Part shown: positions 47,107-58,000 of the stretch, one piece after another
Layout of the letters: each line of letters opens with the position of its first letter
Position numbering within the stretch: position 1 is the first letter of the stretch
NCBI GenBank assembly: GCA_008632985.1
Contig: QPGO01000087.1
Coordinates: 248,001-312,000 of the forward strand
Direction: 5' to 3'
DNA length: 64,000 nucleotides
From: Psammoneis japonica
Lineage: Eukaryota
Translations under genes and position numbers: made by a program
The notes under the pieces: generated by a model
The model's input: the letters and a program-made list of their open reading frames with translations, nothing else
Told to the model about the DNA's origin: nothing
Database searches by the model: none

Positions 47107-47673
47107 TTGAAACGATTCATTAGTGCGTAGCGATACTATGAAGCAAAATGAGAACGACAGCACCGAGTCCTTTAAACGTCAGGACTGGGACCAAGAGCAA
47201 GCGAAGAAAGCTGCAGGAACAAGAAGGGATGAGAACCGTTGCATCAGGCTTCTACGTAGTACGGTATGCAACATCTGATTCGGCGAAAGCTACTTAAAGT
47301 AGTTCTCGTCGCTTACATGGCATGTAAACCATTGATTCTTCGATTCTTTCGCGAACTGCGGCCCAAAGCCAGTGACCATGCCTTTATTCGTATCAAGGCG
47401 GTCGGCTTCACCGAGCATTCTCAGTTGCTGTTTTGCATCATCAAAACTAGAGAATATTGCAATAAGTGCCATGGCAAGTGCAGCAGCTCGCATATGCGAA
47501 GGCCCTCATAAAATACGAGAAACAGCATCTTTGTCCGAACCATCTGTTCTTACGGAAGAAAATTGACTTTGGAATATATGCCGTGAGTACTTATACGGCT
47601 ATGGTATCTTGCGGCAGGGATAGTTCTTTTGTTGACAACATTCGGTTAGATCAAGATATTGTGAATAGCTAGA

Positions 47674-49438
47674 TTAAGTATAGGAAAAACTCAGCCGCGA
47701 CCAACCACCAGGGCAAGGATTCACCAAAACAACTGGCTGAATTCGGGGCGTTTGTTGTAGAGTTTCGGGCGACGTACGGGCTGAAGTTGGGGTGTTTGTT
47801 GGAGGGGATTGAGGAGACGCACTGGCTAAAATAGGGGCGTTTGTTGGAGGAGATTGTGGCGCCGTGGTTTGCCCCCCATTGGTGTCTGTAATGCACAGCC
47901 CAAGCGAACAGACCAGATCAGAGACACAGTCCGCGTTCACCGCGCATGGTTCACCAACACTGGCGACAAAGTCCGTTTCACATGTATTCGTTGCACAGCA
48001 ATCAGCAACATTTTTCGTTGGATCGCGTTCCCAATCAGACACAAAGATATCCCCGCCCAAGTCAAAGGTGGCAAAAGAAGATGAATCATCGTATCCTGCA
48101 AACTTTGGGTTCAAGCCTATCTCAAAAGTCGCGCACGCTGTAAACAAGTTTGGTTCATTCTCTCCCACCCACGGATAAAACGTGAGGTAATTGTCACACA
48201 TTTCTTCCGTCGTTGATTCTCCTCCAGGAACATCGTTTGCAATGTCGCTCGTGTCGTATGTGCATTTCGTTACGAGTGCGTCTCCTGGTAAAATTTTGAC
48301 TGGCGGGTCTAGTCGGTAGGACTGCTGGTTGTCAAACTCAAAGTCCTCGATTCTACCAATCTCCCCAATCTTGGTGCCGCAACGATAGTGTTCCGTGACG
48401 AGCTTTTTCCCGTACAGGTGCATGTGTGGGTTCCAAGAATACACAAACACGGGTCTCGGAAGAAGCTTGGTCATAGACGTGGGACAAAGGTTCGACAGTG
48501 ATGTAACAGCTTGTCCTCCAGGAACCAGAACTGTCGGTCCCAATAGTCCATACCGAGTACAGATAGCCCGCAGACAAGGGCGTGGTGTTGACGTCAAGGA
48601 CAGGCGCATTCCTGACTGATCCGTTGATCCGTACCTTGTGAATTATCATAGTGTGCTTCAATCTTGAAAACCTTTTGTTGAAAATCAATGAAGGCCCCAA
48701 CATTGGGCGGCTCACAATATTCCTCGGGACCAACCGCCCAACCGGCAATGATTTGACAATTAGCCTCCATTCCGTTGCATTCGTACGGTCCCTGTCCAAC
48801 ACGGTTCCCGTCGGAGCTATCGCCGTTTATGCAATGGTAGATCCATATGTGGTGTAGTACGTTTGAATTGTCAAGGATAACTTGCGTCTTGATTTGCTCC
48901 CAACTCATCAAGGGATTCGGAGAACTGACCTCTAATTGTTCGCATCGGTAGTGGGTGCGACTGGCATTCATCTCGTTGCGAATCGAAAAGGACATGTCAA
49001 GCAGCTGCATGTCATCCGACTCGACAAAATCCTTACAGGAATCACTCCGAGGGTCCGTTGTTATTGGAGTATCAACAATTCCAGGATGCGACGATGCCGG
49101 TAGGGCGGGTTCATCACCTTCAGTCCAAACGCAATCCGGATCACCCAATTCTTGGCCATTGGTTCGACCATCACCATCAGAATCTTTCATGCAGAGTTCT
49201 GTGGTCCATTCAAAATTGTTTCTCATAAAGTCCAATCCAAAGGGTTCCGTGGGCCACCTCCGGCCGCATTCTCATGTCCGACACCTGCCCACACACCTCC
49301 TTGAGAGCCCGGATTTGGCACGGATCTTCCGTTTGGTATCAAGTCAGCGTACTGCGGTCTTGCAAGGATGCTTATCGCACAAGATGATAGAGCAATCGCC
49401 AGGCAATAAGTTCTGTTGTTGTAGGGCTTCATGATCAT
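47674..49438 (-). CDS. Secreted temptin-domain + copper type II ascorbate-dependent monooxygenase (DBH/MOXD-like); two apparent 1-nt frameshifts (~49239, ~48624)
   Basis: IPNG..V...W.GVGH....GGG.RNP(F)GLDF...W...LC..DSDGDGRTNGQELGDPDCVW (temptin), then LHH, GWAVG, EAHYDN, PHMHLYG, FEFDNQ, PGD.L.T.C.YD, GGESTTEEMC. Confidence 0.88.
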
Positions 49439-49857
49439 GATTGGATGTAGCAGTCACTTCTTTTCTTTGTAAGTTGTTTGTGAGAGCATTTAGAGACTTG
49501 TGCAAAGTGTTTACTCGTGTCTCTTGTCTAAGTCGTGCGGCTGGGTAGGATTCAGCAATGCATTAATGCTCCGTATTTTCGTGATAGGATTTTGGAATCG
49601 AATGAAAAGTTCACTTTGTCTGTCTTGGAGTAGGTCGTGCCGGTGAGTAGGATTCAGCAATGAAGCGCAACAAAACCGGTATTGACTTCACCTCATCATG
49701 TCGTCATCAAACAGCACTGCCTCGGCAGATCACAGAAAGCTCCTACAATGATCCTCTGCTTGTAACGCAGGCTTTGAATTTCACATTTCACCAAGTGAAG
49801 TTGGATTGTTCTGTCACTTCTACTTCTCCGGTAATACTCTCTACGGCGGTGAACGAC

Positions 49858-49942
49858 GAACGCATCGCATCGCACTACGCACTATTCATACTCGTACTAC
49901 TTCGAAGTACATCGCACATCGCACATCGCACATCCGCACATC
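49858..49942. repeat. Short (ACATCGC)n-like simple repeat
   Basis: gcatcgcatcgc...acatcgcacatcgcacatcgcacatccgcacatc. Confidence 0.7.
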
Positions 49943-49963
49943 CCCTAACAAATGCTGTAACAC

Positions 49964-51785
49964 ATGTTCATGAAACGTCTCCCGTCATGTCGTTGCTGCC
50001 TGCACTATTGCTCTACTACTTTTGACCATGACCTCCTCCCGTGCCACGCATTAGCGTTGGCATCATGATCTTCTCCGCTCTCCGCATGCCGTTGCGTGAA
50101 CACAATTGCCGGATCGGATTCGGGTGGAGGCGCTGGAATCCAAGCCGATTTGCATGCCATTCATGCCATGGGAGGACACGGATGTTCGGCCATCATCTGT
50201 CTTGCGGCTCAAAATGCAGTGGGCATGACGGACGTTCACACTCATCTCGCAACTGAAAACACTCTCGAGTGACATGCCGCCACGAGCCATCAAGATTGAA
50301 ACGTTGGGTGCGAGGGAATTGACAGAGGCTGTGGGTGCTTTTGTCAAGGAGAAGGAGATATTTTCTCGAGAGAAGGACCGACCCTTTATCGTTTTGGATC
50401 CCGTCATGATTTCCACTACAGGGCACAAACTCATCAAAAATGAAACCAAACAAGCCATGATGGACCAAATCTTTCCGTGTGTCGACATTTGTTGACACCC
50501 CCTACAAATTTGGAGCCGAAGCTCTATTGGATCGACAATTGCAAACATCTTGAGATGTCATAAAAGGTGTGTACGAGTCCGTGCAATTTCCTGTTTATGA
50601 TCGTCTTCTGTGGTCGGGGTTGACAAAATAGTAAACTAACATACTTAGTGCGCGTGTAGGCTCACGCGACATGCTTGCCATGGGTGTCAAGGCCGTTCTC
50701 ATCAAGGATCAAGGGTGGTCATACCTTGGCGGAATCCTCGACAAATAATGTAGAAGCATCAGAAGGTGTAAAGGCGACCTTGGGATATGCTCAAGACTAT
50801 CCTCTTTCGACTAACGTTCGCACGAAGAAGCAGAAAAAGAAGAAAGATTGTGTGATTGGCATTTGGGTGTATGGCTTCGGACCAATCGGTAATAGTCGAA
50901 TCGTTGGTGGGTTGGTTTATCATTTACGTGGGTCGATTCATAAAGCTCATACTTATAATCCTCTCCCTTCCATTGTAGCTACGATACAGAGCACACTCAT
51001 GGAACGGGTTGTACCTTGTCGTCCGCCATTACTTGCTCACTGGCGCTCGGGCACCCTGCACGAAGCAAAAGCCAATGGTAGTAGTAGTAGTGGAGCCACG
51101 AGTGCAATATTTTCTGGAGATGCTTGTTGCTTGGCCAAGGCCTCTATGTGACAAAGGGTATTTTGGTTGCAAGGGGTGTAAGTACTGTAAATAACTGGCG
51201 AGAGTAACGACTGAAGCCGACCGTCACCGGGCTGAGGACATTTTTGATCGGCTGAAGGACATGTCTGAAGGCACGCATAATTACCAGTCTTGTGCCTTTT
51301 GAGCCTACTGGACCAGTAATTCATACAGAATTCCCGTCCTCCGTTCGGTACTTTTCTTCAATTCACTTCTTCTGATGATGCCACACTGCCGTTTCGACCC
51401 ATGTCTCCTTGGAGTAGTAGTTATCCTTGGGCCGCAATCTTCCCATGTCGACACGGTGGAAATGGGTAGAGCGTTTGGCTACGACAGAGGGGACGGACAT
51501 TCAATTGCGTTTCCAAGACACCAAAAAGATCCGCAACAAATACTGAAACGGGCCCGAAAATGTTAAGACGTTTGCAAGAGTGCCGGTGGTGTCCGATTGT
51601 GGATCAACGACCACTGAGACGCGGCTTACCAAGCCGGATGCTTTGGTGTTCATTTGGGTCAAGAAGACTTGCACAAATGCGTCCAACAAGGTGTCTTGGA
51701 AAGCTTGAAACGAAACAACATGGCCCCGGGTATTTCGACTGATTTCTATGGAGAGCTAGCAGTCGCACTCGGAGTGATGCCGTCC
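49964..51785 (+). pseudogene. thiDE: Bifunctional HMP-P kinase / thiamine-phosphate synthase (ThiD-ThiE) pseudogene
   Basis: [37 protein letters not shown] (ThiD). DIQLR, LWINDH, GVHLGQEDL, GIST (ThiE). In-frame stops, frameshifts, unrelated sequence ~50860-51430 and truncation near 51785. Confidence 0.88.
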
Positions 51786-52073
51786 GCTAGAGCCACTAGA
51801 GCAGCAGCAGCGCTTTTCAAAAGGTCCCCGACGAACGACGAAGCATGACGGAACCGACCTGAGCTGCGTCGGTTCTCAGATGAACGCATTGCACAACACC
51901 AGTGGAGAGCTGCAGTTTTCTCAATGCTTCAAACTAAACTAATTACTGATCATCTACTCTAGTGCCCCTCTCTAGAGAGTTTTTGCTGTGCTGGTTTGAG
52001 AGTTTGTTCTGCTTCACATCACTGCTGGACCGGATTCCGAAAGTGCCGGCAACAGATTCAATGGCTGCTGCAG

Positions 52074-54420
52074 TCACGGGTCAACGTATTCGCCAATTGT
52101 TCGGTAGAAGGCGCTCTTGAACGGGTCACTGAGGATCTCCTTGGCAGCATTCAGAAGCTGCGAATACTGAAGAGCCCAACAGCTCAAACGGTTGTGGTCC
52201 GTGTGGTATCGAAGACTATTAACCCGCCAAGCAGTCGTGACATCTAGAGGCGTGGGATCATCCCCTAAACCCAAGAAGCCTTTGGGTGTCTGGAGTTTGA
52301 TGGTATGGATGAGGCCTGCCAGAAGAGAATTTTTGAAGTTTGCAAGACCATTCAGGTTTGAATGGTCAAAAAGACCGAAGGTCTTCAAAGGGGAATGGTC
52401 GCAAAGGTTCAGCAGGAGGATGTAATCCCACTGGGCCTCTCGGTATCGTTGAACTGCAACAAGATGAGTCACTCGTGCGTATACAACTCGTGCCGTGAGG
52501 CTTGGCACACCCTCCCATGGGTGAGCCTCCTGCTGCATGATAGGACAGATTTCGTTAGACAAGTCAAGTGCCTCCTGATAATCCGGCATGCGCCAAATGG
52601 CGGAACTCTCGTCCTTCCGAAAAAACTTGTCGGCCTTCTCCTGGACATTTGCATCGTGAAGAAGGCTTTCCGTGGCTTCTAGAAGACGGCCTGCCGTGCT
52701 GGACCAATCCGACCTCAAGAAATGAGGCCAGCGAAGCATTTTACACACCTTCAACTCCATTTGAGCATGAGAGGCGTCACTCTGGAGTGCCTTGGATGCA
52801 ACGTTGAAACGGTTCTGGAAAATCTTGATTCGCGCAAACTCTTCGAGTCGCCAATTGTCCCAATCTGGCTCGCGGTCGTCGAAATACAAGCTAGAGGCCT
52901 CCATGGACAAAAGAGACTTGGCAGTTTCCAACTTGTTGTTGAAGACCAAAGCCCGGACAAGGGACTTGGCAAGACAGGAGTTGCCGAGGTGTGTCGCAAA
53001 ACTGTCCTCATTGGGTTGGACGCTGATGCAAATTCTTCCGCGACACCCTTGAAACGATCGAAGTCAGCCATGTCCCCGACAACTGGCCCATCCCAATGCT
53101 CCACTCGACGAGCAAAATTCTCTAGCACTCCCACAACGCATGTCCAGTTGTTCCCGTCTGCATGCAAGCAGACCAGCTTGCGAAGTACAACAGTCGAGAA
53201 ATGTAGAGAGGTGAGCGATTCCATCGTTGGCGCGCCGTGCGAAAACACAACATGATGAAGGTCGTTCAATTCACGCTGTGTTTTGAGGTCCCCTTTTCCC
53301 TCGCCAAGCTGGTCGTCAAGCCAAGCTTTATGTTGAAGGCAGCTTTCTTTGTCATCCTGGGCTAGAGCACACAAGGCGAGGCACAGCTAATTCGGTGCTT
53401 CAGTGAGCTTTTCAACGACTGCACCTGCAAAAGGGCCAGACACTCGTTGGCCGCAAGATCGTGCAGGGAAAGCACGCGCAAAGCTTCGGCCCGGCACAGT
53501 CGGGCCTCGTGATTGTCCTCGTGTTCAAGACACCGGCTTGCCACACTGACGAGAGTCTTGGCAACGCCGCACATGCGATCATCCGTGGCCTCACAAAGCT
53601 CCTTGAAATGGGCTTGGGTGTTCTCTAGCTGCTCAAGCTCCTCAAGGAGAGCGGCAAACCCATTGGTGACTGAAGTGTTGGTCGGGGAGATGCCAGCACC
53701 GGTCGAGACTTCCAACGTGTCGTCGGCAACCGAAGGCGTGACGTCCAACTTGGCAGGAGCAGATGTGTCTTCTGACTTCTTGGTGGTGGCAGGAACGTCA
53801 TCCATTGAGGTTGAGGCGACAGCGGCAGTGCAATCTTCGGTGGGGGCTTCCATCTCCTCGGTGGGCTCCTCAACATCAGAGACCACATTGCCGCGAGGAT
53901 TCGTGTGTTGTGGGCATCGATGGGGGCTTCGTCAGTGGCGCTGTTGGTCTTGGCTTCGGCGGCAGCATCTTCCGAGTCAGTGGGGGCATTCGTGAGGTCG
54001 AGCCGCCAGCATTCTCCGAGTCGGCAGGGGCGTTGGTCGAGTCGGCATCGGGAGAGGCACCTCCTTGTGGCAAATCATTGTGCGCTTGATTGTTGGTCTC
54101 GCCGTTGATTCGACGACATGGATGCCAACCTTTTTCATTTTGTTTGCACGTGAGTTGGCAAAAACGAAAAGTCTGAAAAAGGTGTTTGAAGCGTTGCTTC
54201 AACTTCTTGTCCACCAGCCACGCTTCCAGGTTCTGGCAGAGTTCGTGGAATGCAAATGCTTCGTCATGTGATTCCGGCCTTGGAAGAAAGCCAAGCTTTC
54301 TCTCCAAAGAATCTCCATTTCATCTTGGGTGGGACCTCGACCTTTTTGTTTGGAGGACGGGGTGACCAGTGGCTGCTGTAAAGCTCGCACAGATTTAGCG
54401 GTGCCGTGTGACCCATGCTG
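52074..54420 (-). pseudogene. TPR-like + C-terminal J-domain gene, frameshifted and progressively TpA-hypermutated toward its 5' end
   Basis: FLGL.......V..AWR..SLRYHTD.N.......SQLLNAAKEILSDP (J-domain, HPD->HTD). Helical TPR-like segments upstream and several frame changes. Confidence 0.65.
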
Positions 54421-55099
54421 TCCTTCAACTCACAGAAAACCAATGCTCGACGTTGCCATTTCTTGAGGACAGACAATGGCAATGATGATGGCGGAGAGCC
54501 AGGAGGAGGGCCGCGGTGTGCACGAGGACCATGATGATGAGCGGGGGATGGCGAACCCGGCTGCTGCTCATGCGGACGCCGCCGCTGGCTCTGTCGAGTG
54601 CTACGACGACGAGTGACGGACCGAGTTGTTCTCTTTTCCATGGTTCGTTGTTGTGTCCGGCAAGTCGGGACACCTTGCCAAGAGCGCTGTTTCGATCTTG
54701 TCGCTCTTTCTGTCGATCTCTTTTGAGGAGACAAGTTGAAGGTGGCACCAACAAGAGCAACGAAACAATGACTGTGAAAGTGGAAGAACGACAGCCATGG
54801 CCACAGCGAAATCTTTCGCTGATCCTCTATGAATTTTCAAATTTGGCGGTCCGGCGCGCTGCAGTTGGCAGCACATGCAGAAGATTCATCGTTGACAACA
54901 AAAATGTCGGTAAAATGTCGTTGAAAAGGCCCGCGACATTTTTTGACTCTCACACTCACGAGCCGCAAACTTCAACAAACTCAATGTGTTGGGCTACGTT
55001 CAGTGGGATCGTGCTGGCCGGGGACCAGCAGGAAGAGCGTGCGTGAGAACAATCATCGCTTGCCCAGTCGAGTTGCCAGTCCAAGCCTGGTGGGCCCCA

Positions 55100-58000
55100 G
55101 CAATGACAATCAAGTCCAGAACGAGCGGGACAAACAACAGCAACAGCTGCTTCTTTGCAGGGGCATCATTGGCTGTTGCTCGCAATGAGCAGTTCAAGAA
55201 GGAGTTTGCCAGATGGCAGGGAATGAACCCTGCAAAACAAGCAGTGCAGGAATCTCACAAGGTCAGCGAATCCCCTGCAGATGATCTTCTGAGATGACAG
55301 AAGGAGACTCATTTGAATGCTGCAAATCACATTGAATGACCAAGAATGGATGAAGCAAAAGAGGTGTCAGATTGCACAGGTGTGAGCCATTGTCTGTTCA
55401 ACAAATGCAAGGAGCAAGACACAGAACAGCCACAAAGGCCTGCTGGAAGCACATTTGTCATCAGCTGTGCGGAAGAGAAGGAAGCAGATCTTGGAAAAGG
55501 TGACACATGAATCAAAAGTGCGAGGTGTGGATGCATTCCAGCTCCAGCTGGGTGATGCCTTGTGCTGCTGAGCTGTGACAACATCAACAGTTTTCTTTAG
55601 ATCACACCTGTGCTGCACACACACAATTCTGCATGTGACTTTCTATGAAATCATTTCATGCTCCCACTTTGCAAAGCCAAACACTTTCTGTTTTCTCCTT
55701 TTGTGAAAATGAAAATTGGTGGCTGGGTGTGTTCTTCAATGTCTGCAGAACTTGTTGTGGCAAACTCTGAATGACGTTTGCAAAATTGCCTCTTTTTCTG
55801 TTGGCAATCACTCACATGTTCATTGCTTGATGATTTCACTGGTGGTGTGGAGCTTGCATGTGGAATTTCATGGGCCCAATGTCACACACAGTCCCACCTG
55901 GGGCTGGAACTCATCTGTGGCAGGTCTGGGATTTTCTGCATTGCAATTTCCTGGGACCTGGGGACTGTGGAGGCAGCCAAAGACGTGGCAGTGGTCTGAA
56001 GCATGAGATGCAGATGTGGCATTCATGAAGAAAGTCAATGAGGAGCAAAATGATGTGGAGCTAGCCCACAAACTTGTCAAGCTGCTTGCCCAACATTGTG
56101 ACTCCCAAGACACTCGAGTCAAGGAGGACACATGCCCAGATCAGTGCACTTCTGTCCTGCCAGCACTCACCCACCAGGTGAGCTGCATGCCATGGACACT
56201 CCAAGTGACTGTCTTAAGAGCTGCCATGACAAGTCCTGTGCTGCTGTGAGGAGACTCATGTGATCAACCAATGTTCTTTGGCAGGGCAAGCTCTAGAATG
56301 CAACCCTTGCAAATCAACTTGATGGAGTGAGACTTCAGCTGGTCCTCTGGAACATTCTTTGGCAGGTTGGCCTGCACTTTGTTTGTCATCAGCCTTGCCG
56401 CCACTGACCCATCTTGCATGCTGTGAAGGTCAAGAAAGCTGCTGAATGCATGATGGAAATCACAACAAGCACAGTGATCATGGTTGGGGACTTGCACCAT
56501 GGCATGTTGCCAGATGGACTTGAGTTCCTGCCTGGTTACATCAATGACTTCAAAACCAGGGATCCAAGACCACTTGCTGCATTGTTGGAACTTTGCCACC
56601 CTGGCCAATCACACAATGCAAAAGAGTCAATTGGAGTCACCTCTGCATGAGACAAGACAGATGATGGAAATCACAAGCACAGTTGTCATGGTTGGGGACT
56701 TGCACCATGGCATGTTGCCAGATGGACTTGAGTTCCTGTCAGGTGTCACATCAATGATTTCAAAACCAGGGATCCAAAACCACTTGCTGCATTGTTGGAA
56801 CTTCACCACCCTGGCCAACTGCACAATGCAAAAGAGTCAATTGGAATCACCTCTCCATGCAACAAGACAGCTTGCCAGCCAGCAGGTCATTGCTGGTCAC
56901 AAGCTCCTGGAACAACACTGCACATGTTTGTTTTGACAAGAGACTGGTTGAGTTTGTCTCTGCACTCTTCTGCCCTGCAAAGTGGCTGGCAGTTCAACTC
57001 ATCCTTTTTAGAACTGCACATGTCTGCATGCCACATGTGACAGCTCTCCTTCCAACTCCTCAGACTGGGGAAAGGTGTCCAAGTTCTTCTTTGATTTTTC
57101 CAAAGCACCTGAGGACTGACATTGTCAAGAGGTGCTGCAGCAGGTCAGAAGAAGGCTCCACAGCACCACCCATTTGAAATTCAGGAATTGGACAATCCAC
57201 AGGCCATTGTGCAAACATCAGAAGAAGGGCAATCACACAGTCACCTGTGACATGCTCAGAGATGTGACCTCCACCAAAGTGGGGCCTTTTGTGACAGTTT
57301 TCTGGTGCAAATCAAAAATCTCAATGGCAGCATCATGCCCTGAGCAGTGCTTTTTGCTTCCCCAAATTTCAGAGTTTGGCCCATTGTTGTTGCAGAGGGT
57401 CAAATTGAAATTGCACATGGGACAGCAGAAAGAACATTGTCTGGTTGAACTGCAGAGTGTGACTTTGGAAGGGTTGCAATTGCCATCATCATCTCATTGA
57501 TGAATGAATGCAACACAACACATGCTGACTCTTCACTGCACTGCAAAATGCAGAGTTGGTGCTGCCGCAGATCACAGTGCTGTTCCTGCATTGGCAAGGT
57601 TTTGCAACTTTCTTTTCTTGAAAGCTCACACTCAAGTCTGGAAAAGTGCACAGCACATGCAAAAGATCAGCTTCAAAAACTCATCACAGACATCTGCACT
57701 CCTGTTGCCATTGGGGGCAGGAAAAGATTGATGAGTTGCCGGGGAGGCAAAAAGAATGTGGAGCTTGTTGTGCCACCTTCATCTGATTTGTTTGTTGATG
57801 AGGAAAGACCACAGCAGAATGCAGCTGGACAGCTGCTGCCACTGACAAAATCAAAGCTGGATGACATTTGTTCTTGCAGCAGGGCACCACAAACAAGCAA
57901 AGCCAGGGCAGGACTGGCACGTCAATCTCAACTGCGATGTGTTTCCACTGGCATTGCTGCCATGCCCACAAATGCAGCATCCATCATTGAAGTTTATTCT

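Noticed and set aside
49530..49662. ~30-nt direct repeat (gtcgtgc...gtaggattcagcaatg) upstream of the temptin-DBH gene
   Set aside because: Only two short diverged copies, with no evidence of function.
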